From an uncultured virus (IMG/VR IMGVR_UViG_3300020046_003388) (taxonomy: Duplodnaviria > Heunggongvirae > Uroviricota > Caudoviricetes), in IMG/VR virus record IMGVR_UViG_3300020046_003388: DNA of 61,819 nucleotides, one strand, 5' to 3'. The translations under genes and the position numbers were made by a program. Below are positions 9,695 through 18,724 of the stretch, piece after piece. The first letter of the stretch is position 1. Each line of letters opens with the position of its first letter. The notes beneath the pieces are model-generated. The model did no database searches, was not told where the DNA came from, and saw only the letters and a program-made list of their open reading frames with translations.

Positions 9695-10258
9695 ATGCGT
9701 AAGCTAAGATTTCTTGTGGATGTTGACGAAGTGCTAGCGGACTTCCGCACTCCAGCGTTAGAGGTAATGTCCTCGGTTATGGGGCAACGTTACTCTATCG
9801 AGGACTTTGAGGTCTGGGATATCTTCTCTACCCTAGAGGGGCCGAAGAAGGACCTGGTCCTAGCTATCATAGACAAGCAGGGGTTCTGCCACGACTTGCA
9901 GCCCTTCCCAGAAGCTCAGAAGGCTATTGCAGAGCTTCAGACGATGTTTGATGTCTACGTGGTCACCAGCCCGTATCACAGTCTGAGTTGGGTCTATGAA
10001 CGTAACCTATGGCTAAAGACCCACTATGGCTTCGAAAAAAGCCAGGTCGTTCATACCTCAGCTAAGTACCTGGTTCGAGGTGACATCTTTCTTGACGATA
10101 AGCCAGAGCACGTAGAGTCTTGGACGAAGGAAAATCCTCAGGGGCTTGGAATGCTTTGGCATACCCCCAATACTCGTGGGTTGGGTTTGGATCACTTACG
10201 AGTACGGTCTTGGGGGGAGGTCCTAACGAAGGTTAAGACCTTTGCGGGGAGTCAGTGA
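9695..10258 (+). CDS. 5'(3')-deoxyribonucleotidase (NT5C-type HAD)
   Basis: FLVDVDEVLADF (DxD), VVTSP, WLKTHY, K..V.GDIFLDDKP. Confidence 0.88.
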   Translation: MRKLRFLVDVDEVLADFRTPALEVMSSVMGQRYSIEDFEVWDIFSTLEGPKKDLVLAIIDKQGFCHDLQPFPEAQKAIAELQTMFDVYVVTSPYHSLSWVYERNLWLKTHYGFEKSQVVHTSAKYLVRGDIFLDDKPEHVESWTKENPQGLGMLWHTPNTRGLGLDHLRVRSWGEVLTKVKTFAGSQ

Positions 10259-10261
10259 AAA

Positions 10262-10483
10262 ATGCTGAGGGTTATCTTCAATGTAGTTACTTGGGTAGCA
10301 GAGCATGTGACGGGTTTATGTTGGCTAGTGGCGGCCCTTCTGGCTATTTGGGTAGCTTTTTTCTACAAGTTTGAACCTACCCAACCACTTCCGTGCGCCT
10401 CTTACTCGGATACCAATCGTGAGCACGTACCTGCTAGATGCTTCTCTGACTTCCTAGGTAAAGATAGTGGGACTCATGATTGA
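10262..10483 (+). CDS. small membrane protein
   Basis: Hydrophobic helix LCWLVAALLAIWVAFFY. Confidence 0.55.
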   Translation: MLRVIFNVVTWVAEHVTGLCWLVAALLAIWVAFFYKFEPTQPLPCASYSDTNREHVPARCFSDFLGKDSGTHD

Positions 10484-10697
10484 TCTTGAGGTAGATGTTG
10501 GGCAGGTGTGGCTCTACAGGGGCACTGACCCATACCTAGTTGCGAGTGTAAATGATTCAAGGGAGTCTTTGGGGTCGTGGGTAATGACTTCAATCCCAGA
10601 CGGGCGTACCATATACATGCACAAGCAAGCTAGACTGCGGGGTAAATGGGTGAAAGCGCCTGTAAGCCGATTCAAAAGAGAACCGTTAAGTCTATGA
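10476..10697 (+). CDS. small SH3/KOW-like protein with SRFKR tail
   Basis: VGQVW..YLVASV beta pattern; ATGA overlap with the next gene. Confidence 0.55.
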   Translation: MIDLEVDVGQVWLYRGTDPYLVASVNDSRESLGSWVMTSIPDGRTIYMHKQARLRGKWVKAPVSRFKREPLSL

Positions 10698-11317
10698 ACT
10701 CCTCAGGCATTATCAGTCTAGATGACCTACTTGGGGGAGGGTACCCCAAGGGGATTACGTGTATTAGTGGGGTTAGAGGTTCTGGCAAAACTCAATTGCT
10801 ACTAGCTGCGGCACAAGCTGCTTTAGTGAATGACGTACCAGTAGCCTTTTTCTCCTTTGACGCGGACCTGAGTTCAGATATACCCAAAGCTTCGGCTTTG
10901 GGTAAGGTCTATTCCAGGATTGTCACCTTAGATGAGGCAGTCAAGAAGCTAAGGGGTTCTGATCCGGAAACCTTGGTCCTTATGGATGGGGTTCACAAGG
11001 CTTTTGTGTACAAGGGGCCTGATGCTGGTACGGTAGAGGACGGAAGTAGAGTCCTTAAGGCACGATGGTTTAACGACCAAGTGTCTACGTTGAGCAAGTT
11101 TTCTAGCGTCATCTTGACCTCGGAGGAGGTCCTACGCTATAAGGCTCTGACTCACGCTACTCGTACTGCCATTGAGCTAAAGATCAGTGGTAACTCAGAT
11201 GTTACCGCACACATAACCAAAAGTCTAGGGGGCCAGGTAGGAAGCTTACCCTTGGTGTTCAGAGGCCATGGGCAAGTGCTCCCAATGGAGATACGTAGCC
11301 GATTTGAAAGATTTTGA
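10694..11317 (+). CDS. RecA/RadB/KaiC-superfamily ATPase (single domain)
   Basis: SGIISLDDLLGGGYPKG, Walker A GVRGSGKT, Walker B LVLMDG; ends in SRFERF. Confidence 0.8.
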   Translation: MNSSGIISLDDLLGGGYPKGITCISGVRGSGKTQLLLAAAQAALVNDVPVAFFSFDADLSSDIPKASALGKVYSRIVTLDEAVKKLRGSDPETLVLMDGVHKAFVYKGPDAGTVEDGSRVLKARWFNDQVSTLSKFSSVILTSEEVLRYKALTHATRTAIELKISGNSDVTAHITKSLGGQVGSLPLVFRGHGQVLPMEIRSRFERF

Positions 11318-11558
11318 TGATCAAAGAGTGAATGACTTGAGTACAGCTGAGATTCAGGAGCTTGAACGACTGCGCCTACTGGCATTGCAGCATCCCTACG
11401 ACCCTGAGCTTGCAAGCATACGATCAGGTAATGGCGGGGAGTACGCACCAGACATGCGAGGCTGGACCCCAGACGAGGATGCAGAGTTCAGGTACCATGC
11501 TGCTTTGGTCAAAGCAGCTCCTAGATTACTCGCTGAAGTGCTACGTAGAAGAAGGTAA
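11304..11558 (+). CDS. hypothetical protein; start uncertain
   Basis: Fills the gap before thyA; C-terminal AAPRLLAEV pattern common in phage proteins. Confidence 0.5.
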   Translation: MKDFDDQRVNDLSTAEIQELERLRLLALQHPYDPELASIRSGNGGEYAPDMRGWTPDEDAEFRYHAALVKAAPRLLAEVLRRRR

Positions 11559-11562
11559 GCAG

Positions 11563-13272
11563 ATGCGTCAATATCTATCCCTAGTGGAACATGTGTTAGG
11601 TAGCGGAACCCGCAAGGAAAACCGGACTGGCGTAGACACTCTCAGTACCTTTGGGTACTACTACGAGGTTGATTTAGCTCACGGGTTTCCCCTCCTCACG
11701 ACCAAGCAGATCTCTTGGAAAAACATAGTGGTCGAGTTGTTGTGGTTCCTTTCGGGACAGACTGACATCTCAATCCTCAAGCGTCATGGCTGTAAGTTCT
11801 GGGACGCTTGGGCTGACGAGAACGGTAAAGTTCCAAGTGCCTATGGGGCTTTTTGGGTTAATTTCCCACCAGCTCAGGAGCCCGAAGTTGTTACTCCACG
11901 CGAACCTTCCGGAAATGACTATGTTAAGCCTCATTTTGATGAGTTGACTGCTGAGTCGAACCATGAATGGTGTGGGAAATTCTTCGAGTCGAAAAACCAC
12001 GGCTCGTTCAAGATCATTCGTCAGGTAGGTGTAGATACCGAAGGTCGTAGACTGTTCGATATTCAGTTTACAACTACGGGCTATGTTAAGAAGCGGGTGC
12101 GCCGTGATGTAATTCAAAATGGGGAGGTTCGGGATAGATACTTCGCCTCTATCCACGGAGTGGGGTACTATGGAGAGCGGACAACCAAAACTGAGATAGA
12201 CGCGGATCTCCTCAAGGTTTGGCAGCACATGATGGACCGTTGCTATAACCCTGACTGTAAAGAGTACCCATGGTATGGCTTGAGAGGCGTTACAGTGTGC
12301 AACAGATGGCACAACTTCGCTAACTTCCACGCAGACTGCTACACGCTACCAAACTGGGTCAACAAGAGGGACAATCCAAAGCAGTACGCCCTAGATAAGG
12401 ATTTTTTCAGCGCCCGTTGTTACTCTCCTACTACCTGTGTATGGCTTTCTCACCAGGATAATCGACTTTACGCTCACGCCAAGGCAGTTAAGGTCGAATA
12501 CCCTGATGGTGGGGTTCGAGTTGTCTTGTCAGCATCTGAGGCTGCTGCTGCCTCGAAACTCAAGAAGAGTCGTGTACTTACCTGCATCCAAAATGGAGAG
12601 GATTACCACAAGTATAGGTTCTCATGGGCCTCTGGGGTGTACCGTAGACCACTCCCGAATAACCAGATCCGATGGGTTATCGACGAGCTAAACCGAAACC
12701 CCATGTCTCGACGTATGGTTGTTTCTGCTTGGGCTCCAGGGAACGCTCAGACCAGTAAGCTCCCACCCTGCCACAGCATCTTCATGCTTAATGTGCAGAA
12801 TGCGAACCAGATTGAGTTCCACCCGCCAAAAGAGAATGATGATGGTCGAACTCTAGTACCTACCATCATGGGTACTAAACAGAGGGTATGCCTTCACCTC
12901 ACCCAGAGGTCCGCTGACGTCCTTTTGGGCGTACCCTATAACATTGCAAGCTACGCACTGCTTCTCAGTTTGTTCTCTCGCTTCTCTGGGATTGAGCCTG
13001 GTATCTTTGGGCACACCTTGGTGGACGCGCATGTTTACACAGCTAAACCAGATGGTTCGATGGCCGAGTACGACCACGTTCCTGTTTTGAAGGAGCAGTT
13101 GACTCGGATGCCAAAAGCCCTTCCGAGGCTTATCATCTCGAACCAGATCAAGACCCTAGCTGACGTAGAGGCTCTCATGCACCCCTCCGTAACAACAGAG
13201 GAGGTCATGCGTCACTTCGTGCTTGAGGGCTATGATCCTTGGCCAGCCCTATCTGGAAAGGTTGCGGTATGA
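11563..13272 (+). CDS. thyA: Thymidylate synthase with in-frame HNH endonuclease insertion
   Basis: MRQYL..NRTG, FPLLTTK, ELLWF, catalytic LPPCH, QRSAD..GVPYN, DAHVY; true start at ATG 11563. Confidence 0.95.
   Translation: MRQYLSLVEHVLGSGTRKENRTGVDTLSTFGYYYEVDLAHGFPLLTTKQISWKNIVVELLWFLSGQTDISILKRHGCKFWDAWADENGKVPSAYGAFWVNFPPAQEPEVVTPREPSGNDYVKPHFDELTAESNHEWCGKFFESKNHGSFKIIRQVGVDTEGRRLFDIQFTTTGYVKKRVRRDVIQNGEVRDRYFASIHGVGYYGERTTKTEIDADLLKVWQHMMDRCYNPDCKEYPWYGLRGVTVCNRWHNFANFHADCYTLPNWVNKRDNPKQYALDKDFFSARCYSPTTCVWLSHQDNRLYAHAKAVKVEYPDGGVRVVLSASEAAAASKLKKSRVLTCIQNGEDYHKYRFSWASGVYRRPLPNNQIRWVIDELNRNPMSRRMVVSAWAPGNAQTSKLPPCHSIFMLNVQNANQIEFHPPKENDDGRTLVPTIMGTKQRVCLHLTQRSADVLLGVPYNIASYALLLSLFSRFSGIEPGIFGHTLVDAHVYTAKPDGSMAEYDHVPVLKEQLTRMPKALPRLIISNQIKTLADVEALMHPSVTTEEVMRHFVLEGYDPWPALSGKVAV
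11869..12657 (+). mobile_element. HNH-type homing endonuclease domain (~260 aa) embedded in thyA; boundaries approximate
   Basis: GVGYYG, WQHMMDRCY, YGLRGVTVCNRWHNFANF, LDKD..YSPTTC; C-terminal NUMOD1-like SASEAA..SRVLTC. Confidence 0.85.
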
Positions 13273-13850
13273 CTCAACTTGAATTTCTTCTATCTGAGGT
13301 AGCTTGGCTTACAAGAGAGCTTGAGTACCTACCAGACTCCGCACCTATTACCAAAGCTTCAACGAGATCACGTCTAGCTGAGGTGGGAAGGCAGTTAGAG
13401 TTTGAACGTTCGCGTAAAGCTACAACAGTGAATGGTAGATTTGTGTCTGGTTCGTGCCTAGGTGAAATTTGCTCTATCTGCATAAAGCACCTTGGCGTTC
13501 GCGTTACAGCCACTTGCAAGGTCGGAGAAGAGATAGCGGTCGATGACCCTAACCTACCTAGGCACAACCTAACTGCGTATCTCTGTTCAAGGCACTTCGA
13601 TGAGATCTTTAGTCCTCCAACTGGAGTAGCTAGTGTTGGACAACAGGGTATTGAACGACTTCAGGTGACTCTAGCTCAGACAGAGGGTGAGCTAGAGACG
13701 GCACGTCTTCGTATTCATGAAGCCACTCAAAAGCTTGTTGCTGAGTTTGGAGCAGAAAGCTCAGCCAGTCTAGAAGAAGTGGTCGAAAAGGCTGTTGTCG
13801 CAATTCGCACCCCCCTGCTGATTGGGGGTGGGTACGGATATGAAACCTAA
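13269..13850 (+). CDS. hypothetical protein with putative Zn finger and coiled coil
   Basis: ATGA overlap with thyA; CSIC...CSRH. Confidence 0.65.
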   Translation: MTQLEFLLSEVAWLTRELEYLPDSAPITKASTRSRLAEVGRQLEFERSRKATTVNGRFVSGSCLGEICSICIKHLGVRVTATCKVGEEIAVDDPNLPRHNLTAYLCSRHFDEIFSPPTGVASVGQQGIERLQVTLAQTEGELETARLRIHEATQKLVAEFGAESSASLEEVVEKAVVAIRTPLLIGGGYGYET

Positions 13851-14430
13851 GCTCATTGTAGCTACCAGTGCGAACGGGGTAATTGGGATCGACGGTAAGA
13901 TCCCATGGCGCAAACCAGAGGACTTGAAGCGATTCAAGAGAGTCACTCTTGGTGGCGTACTCATCATGGGTAGGCGGACTTGGGACTCGATTGGGAGGGC
14001 GCTACCGGGGCGTAGGACGTTTGTTCTGAGTTCCAACCCCGACCTAAAGCTGGAGGGAGCTGAGGTCTTCTCAAGCCTTCCTGACGCTTTAGCGGCAGCA
14101 GGAGAGACCGACCAGGTCTGGATTGCAGGTGGGTCTTCTGTTTATGCGGAAGGTCTTCAGTACTGCGATGAGCTAGACATCACGGTTGTGAATTCTGAAA
14201 TTGCCGAGGGACCAGGCGTAGTAACTATCCCATGGTTTGCAGCCAACCGTAACGAAAAGTTAGGTATCCCAATTTGGATTTCTGCCAATAGCAAGTGTGT
14301 GAGTCCAATGATAGGGGACCCAATGGTGGGGGACTTCCACCTAACCAATCAAGAAACTAACCCAGAGGACGGCTCTCTTGTCCACTGCGAGTACACTCGA
14401 ATAACTTTTATCCACTACAGCACTAGGTAA
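13840..14430 (+). CDS. folA: Dihydrofolate reductase
   Basis: LIVATSANGVIGIDGKIPW..EDLKRFKRVT, IMGRRTWDSIGRALPGRR, WIAGGSSVY. Confidence 0.93.
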   Translation: MKPKLIVATSANGVIGIDGKIPWRKPEDLKRFKRVTLGGVLIMGRRTWDSIGRALPGRRTFVLSSNPDLKLEGAEVFSSLPDALAAAGETDQVWIAGGSSVYAEGLQYCDELDITVVNSEIAEGPGVVTIPWFAANRNEKLGIPIWISANSKCVSPMIGDPMVGDFHLTNQETNPEDGSLVHCEYTRITFIHYSTR

Positions 14431-14435
14431 TCACC

Positions 14436-14804
14436 ATGTATCGGTTTGCGGTTCAAGCCCTCAACACAGACAACATCACAAAGGTAGCCGAAGTGACAAT
14501 TCGAGCTGCTAGTCAACTTGGTCTCAACTTCAAGCACTTGGGAGTTGTAGATTGGATGACCTTAGGTACGTCCAAATTTCTGATACTGCAAGCCAATCTC
14601 CCCTTTAGTAAGCCGCTACTGGACTTGTTGTTCGAGAGTGGTCGAGGGGTGATCGGCATTACTCCATTTGGATTTGAGGTGAGGTTGGGTACAAAGACTG
14701 CCAAAGTAGCGTCCACTCAACTACAAGGTCCAGCGAAAAATCCACTTAGTTACCTAGGCCCTGGGGACCCTCTTTGGGAGAGGCAGTTTACCAAGCCCAA
14801 CTAG
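14436..14804 (+). CDS. hypothetical protein
   Basis: ORF immediately after folA. Confidence 0.6.
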   Translation: MYRFAVQALNTDNITKVAEVTIRAASQLGLNFKHLGVVDWMTLGTSKFLILQANLPFSKPLLDLLFESGRGVIGITPFGFEVRLGTKTAKVASTQLQGPAKNPLSYLGPGDPLWERQFTKPN

Positions 14805-14892
14805 CAATACAGTTTCTATACTCCATCTAGGGTACTACCTTTAAGGAGAGCCAATTGAAGCTCGATGGTAGCAAGGCTCAGGAGTTGTCTTC

Positions 14893-15648
14893 TTGGTAAA
14901 ACTAGCTGCCGTCCAATTCGCCCCATCCTTCCGTAAGAAGCGGGAGAATGTGCAGCGTATGGCTCGACTTGCAATCGAGGCTTCTGCTGAAGGGGCTAAA
15001 CTTATTGTTTTTCCTGAGTTGGCTACAACTGGGTACTCCTACATGAGCACCAAGGAAGCCGAGGAAGACGCTGAGATCGTAGGATTTGGTCAGCCCACAA
15101 TGGACTTCTTCCTAGGTATAGCTCAGAAGACCAATGCCTGCTTGGTTTGGGGGATGGTCGAAAAGGACTCTGGGTCTGGTAAGCTCTACAATAGCCAAGT
15201 CTATCTTGAGCCAGGAGGCTACTTCGAGAAGTACGCCAAAATCAATCGTTGGGGAAATGACTTTCTTTGGGCTACCCCAGGGAAGTCAAACCCTCCGGTC
15301 ATACGAGCGACCTTTGACCGTAAGGACCTACGCGTAGGTCTTCTCGTATGCCGGGACATACGGGATAAGGTTAACGATGACTGGACGAACCTCTACTCGC
15401 CTGGGGATGCAGACGTGGTAGCCTTCTCTGCGAACTTTGGGGATGGTGGGTTCCCAGCAGTCTCCTGGGTTGACTTTGCCATGGACAACAAGACCACTTT
15501 GATCGTATCGAATCGCTACGGTGAAGAGGGTGGCAAGCCGAATAAGTTTGGTGGGGGTGGGTCCTGTATCATTGAGCCGTCTGGTACGGTGCATTGTGAG
15601 GGACTCCAGTGGAATGCAGACTGCATCATTTACTCTGAGGTGAAGTGA
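14893..15648 (+). CDS. Carbon-nitrogen hydrolase (nitrilase/amidase superfamily)
   Basis: LAAVQF, LIVFPELATTGY (Glu), LYNS..YAKIN (Lys), GLLVCRD (Cys), VSNRYG..GGSCIIEPSG. Confidence 0.9.
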   Translation: MVKLAAVQFAPSFRKKRENVQRMARLAIEASAEGAKLIVFPELATTGYSYMSTKEAEEDAEIVGFGQPTMDFFLGIAQKTNACLVWGMVEKDSGSGKLYNSQVYLEPGGYFEKYAKINRWGNDFLWATPGKSNPPVIRATFDRKDLRVGLLVCRDIRDKVNDDWTNLYSPGDADVVAFSANFGDGGFPAVSWVDFAMDNKTTLIVSNRYGEEGGKPNKFGGGGSCIIEPSGTVHCEGLQWNADCIIYSEVK

Positions 15649-16589
15649 TGCCGTCAACCCTTGATACCAAGATCGCGTTGAAGGTAGCCTACTTCTTTCA
15701 AGACCGTATGACAAAAAGGGTTGCAGCGAAGTTCTCGTTCACAGCTGGGTTGAATGAGGAGCTACTTGCCAAGTTTGGCAAGCTATTCCAGGACTTCAGT
15801 GGGGATGCTGCTCTTGAGGTTGCCAATTGGTTTAAGGACACCTTCCGATTCGACGTGTCCAAAACTCCACAAGGTCAAAGAGACCTCAAGCTAAAAGCTG
15901 AGAAGTTGCATTGGTGGCTAACGCAATCCGCAAGCCTTAAGTCCAGGTTCAATGGGCAAGGGGTTCAATTCTCCAACGAGGAGGATACCCCCGACCTAGC
16001 TTGGGCCCGAGGCGGTAAAGAGGCCAAGCGGGTTTGGGAGGAGGAGGTCCAGCCTTTGGCGGGGGATCTCATCCGATACTTCTCCAACGAGGGGAGTAAG
16101 ATCGTCCCCAAGGAGGTTCAGGTTGGGGGTAACACTTACCTGAACCTTGTTGGCTTCGACCAGAAGAAAATTGGTCAGTACGTTACGGCTATGGAAGCTG
16201 TTTTCGGGGACGTCAAGGGTTGGAGACGGAAAGCTTTTGCTGGGGGGCTTACCGTAGCCTTTGCTGGCCCCAAAGACTTTCGAGGTACTGCGGCGGGCAA
16301 GTACAAGTCCGACCAAGACATCCTCTACGTAAGAGCTACCCCGAATGTTCTAAAAAGGGCAGGAGGCAGCTACGGCGCTCTTGACTACATTCTCATTCAT
16401 GAGCTAGGTCACAGGTACGAGAGAAAAGTTGGAACAAAGTTTGACTTTGAGCGACAGGAGTGGTGGACCAGCCCCTACAGTAAGAAGGACGGAGAACAGT
16501 TCGCAGAGCTGTTTGCAATCTCTAACTTCGACCTTAAAGGGCCATGGAACCAAGAAGTCGTAGCGAAATTCGACGCTTTGATGGGGTGA
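15645..16589 (+). CDS. HExxH zincin-like metallopeptidase-domain protein
   Basis: LIHELGHRY and downstream SPYS..EQFAELF; N-terminal KRVAAKF motif. Confidence 0.75.
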   Translation: MMPSTLDTKIALKVAYFFQDRMTKRVAAKFSFTAGLNEELLAKFGKLFQDFSGDAALEVANWFKDTFRFDVSKTPQGQRDLKLKAEKLHWWLTQSASLKSRFNGQGVQFSNEEDTPDLAWARGGKEAKRVWEEEVQPLAGDLIRYFSNEGSKIVPKEVQVGGNTYLNLVGFDQKKIGQYVTAMEAVFGDVKGWRRKAFAGGLTVAFAGPKDFRGTAAGKYKSDQDILYVRATPNVLKRAGGSYGALDYILIHELGHRYERKVGTKFDFERQEWWTSPYSKKDGEQFAELFAISNFDLKGPWNQEVVAKFDALMG

Positions 16590-16602
16590 AGTCCCTGGGT
16601 TC

Positions 16603-16608
16603 GGTGTA
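16603..16608 (+). promoter_or_regulatory. GGTGTA motif 9 nt before ATG 16618
   Basis: Recurrent motif; no SD sequence between motif and ATG. Confidence 0.6.
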
Positions 16609-16617
16609 TCCCTCTAC

Positions 16618-16884
16618 ATGCGGGAACCTGAATTCATACTGACCAACGGCACAAAAGTAATTACTCACGCGAAGTTGGACCCTACAACTGGGTTTTCAAT
16701 TACGCCCAAACACATTGCTTTACGAAAGCCAGCGACGAGTGGAGAAATCTACGGGGTTGTAGGTGGGCATGGAGGGGATGTGTATTGGGTGCTGCATGAG
16801 GGGGATGTGTACCCAGCAGCTTACTGCTACTCAGAATTTGAGCTAGTAGCTGAAGCTCCTTCCCAGGTGGTAGACCCATGCTGA
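16618..16884 (+). CDS. hypothetical protein (SH3-like)
   Basis: GTKV...GEIYGVVGGHGGDVYWV. Confidence 0.7.
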   Translation: MREPEFILTNGTKVITHAKLDPTTGFSITPKHIALRKPATSGEIYGVVGGHGGDVYWVLHEGDVYPAAYCYSEFELVAEAPSQVVDPC

Positions 16885-17342
16885 TCGATGCAACTGGTCT
16901 TGTGGTCTTCGACGCATCGCTGTACTCAGGGCGATTGGTTGTGGTCCTAGAAACGGATGGTCGTCCTGGACTTGGTCTTCTTGAGGGCCCTACCATGGAG
17001 CGGGCCCCTACAATCGAAGACCCTGAGTTTTCTGCGGATGGGTTCGAGGTATTTGAGGTAATTCTCAAGTCAAACTCAAAATCAAATCAAGAGTTAAGAT
17101 ATCACTTTGCGGCTACCTCCTTGAAAAGCGGAGCTTACACTACCTACCCAACCGGTCGAGAGCTAATTTTAGTAGACTCTGAAGGTGATTGGAGCGTTGT
17201 TTTTGCAGGGGTTGAGGTTGCGCTACCTGACTACGGTAAGGTTGTTTTGGGTGTGAAAGGAGCACGTCAAGGACAAGAGAAAGCCTTCCGAGTCAAAGAG
17301 ACGGCACGTAAGTCGCGTAAGTTGCGTAAGGGATCGGTGTAG
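16878..17342 (+). CDS. hypothetical protein
   Basis: Overlapping operon ORF. Confidence 0.65.
   Translation: MLIDATGLVVFDASLYSGRLVVVLETDGRPGLGLLEGPTMERAPTIEDPEFSADGFEVFEVILKSNSKSNQELRYHFAATSLKSGAYTTYPTGRELILVDSEGDWSVVFAGVEVALPDYGKVVLGVKGARQGQEKAFRVKETARKSRKLRKGSV
17336..17341 (+). promoter_or_regulatory. GGTGTA motif 9 nt before the clpX ATG
   Basis: Recurrent motif. Confidence 0.6.
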
Positions 17343-17350
17343 GCTACCTC

Positions 17351-18697
17351 ATGGTCAAGTGTAGTTTCTGTAAGCGTCCAAGAAACGAAGTTAAGAACCT
17401 CATTTCAAGCTCCGACACGGATGAGACCTCAATCTGTGACCGATGTGTACGGTCAGCAATGAAGGAGCTGGAGGTAGGCTCTCGTAAGGGTGGGTTCGAG
17501 AAACCTAAGGAGGAGCCTCTCAAGCCTCCCATGGAGATCAAAGCACACTTGGACGCCTACGTCATCGGGCAAGACCAAGCAAAGCGCACGATTGCTACGG
17601 CTGTCTACAACCATTTCAAGCGTCGCCAAGTTGCCAAAGAGGGTAAGCTTGAGATTGAGGTAGCTGGGGGCCTAGAGGCTGTAGAGCTGGACAAGAGCAA
17701 CATATTGCTTTTGGGTCCATCGGGCACTGGAAAGACCTATCTCGCTCGCACCATCGCTAAGATGTTGAATGTGCCGTTCTTTGTGGCAGACGCGACACGC
17801 TTGACTCAAGCAGGCTATGTTGGGGATGATGTCGAGACGCTTCTACAAGGGCTACTCCAGGATGCTCAGGGTGATGTGGAGCGGGCCCAGTGGGGGATCA
17901 TATTCCTGGACGAGGTAGACAAGATTGCCAAGTCGGGTGGTCGAGATCGTTCGGGCTATCGAGATGTCACCGGGGAAGGAGTCCAGCAGTCACTTCTAAA
18001 GCTCTTGGAGGGGTCGAAGGTCAACGTGCCTCGCTCTGGACGTTCCGGGACCTCTATGAACGCTACAGACGTACTGGACACCACCAACATCCTCTTCATT
18101 TGCGCTGGCTCTTTCGCGGGAATCGAGCCTATCATCGAAAAGAGACTCAACAAAGGATCCCGTCTTGGGTTTGGGTCAGAGTCACGAGAGAAGTTTGACC
18201 AGACAAAGACCTACCTAGCCGCTTGCCCCGAAGACCTATTGGAGTTCGGCATTATCCCCGAGATGCTTGGTCGGCTTCAAGTTTTGACGACCACGATTGA
18301 GCTGAGTGAGGAGGATATGATCCGAGTCCTCACTGAGCCAAGAAACTCCATCATCAAGCAATTTAGAGCCTTGTTCAAGTTGGACGGGGTAAGCCTAGAG
18401 TTTGACCCCGAAGCACTTCTCGCGATTGCTAGGAAGGCGAAGAAGATGCCTACAGGAGCAAGGGCTCTTCGTTCGATTGTCGAAGAGGCTCTTGGACAGG
18501 TGATGTACTCCCTCCCAGGGTCTGGTGCTATCCAGGTTCGAGTAACCGAGCAAACGATTGAGACAGGGGTTGCAATGGTTACGAAAGAAACTCAGTGCAA
18601 GCACCATTATGCGGACAAGAGCGACCCGGAGGAAAACTGTACCCATTGCGGTCAAAACCAGGGGGAACTTGAGGAGAAGAAAAGCAGACGCAAGTGA
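17351..18697 (+). CDS. clpX: ATP-dependent Clp protease ATP-binding subunit ClpX
   Basis: Zn domain CSFC...ICDRC; VIGQDQAK; GPSGTGKT; pore loop AGYVGDD; LDEVDK; RDVTGEGVQQSLLK; ClpP-docking LGF loop; GARALRS. Confidence 0.96.
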   Translation: MVKCSFCKRPRNEVKNLISSSDTDETSICDRCVRSAMKELEVGSRKGGFEKPKEEPLKPPMEIKAHLDAYVIGQDQAKRTIATAVYNHFKRRQVAKEGKLEIEVAGGLEAVELDKSNILLLGPSGTGKTYLARTIAKMLNVPFFVADATRLTQAGYVGDDVETLLQGLLQDAQGDVERAQWGIIFLDEVDKIAKSGGRDRSGYRDVTGEGVQQSLLKLLEGSKVNVPRSGRSGTSMNATDVLDTTNILFICAGSFAGIEPIIEKRLNKGSRLGFGSESREKFDQTKTYLAACPEDLLEFGIIPEMLGRLQVLTTTIELSEEDMIRVLTEPRNSIIKQFRALFKLDGVSLEFDPEALLAIARKAKKMPTGARALRSIVEEALGQVMYSLPGSGAIQVRVTEQTIETGVAMVTKETQCKHHYADKSDPEENCTHCGQNQGELEEKKSRRK

Positions 18698-18724
18698 TAC
18701 CCCTTTGATAGGACTTCTTAGAAG

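Noticed and set aside
11362..11562. 67-aa N-terminal extension of ThyA in the ORF track
   Set aside because: ThyA homology starts at MRQYL (11563, with an AAGG RBS), and the extension overlaps another plausible gene.
11869..12657. thyA insert as a standard intein
   Set aside because: No nucleophile at the start, no terminal Asn followed by C/S/T, and no HINT motifs visible.
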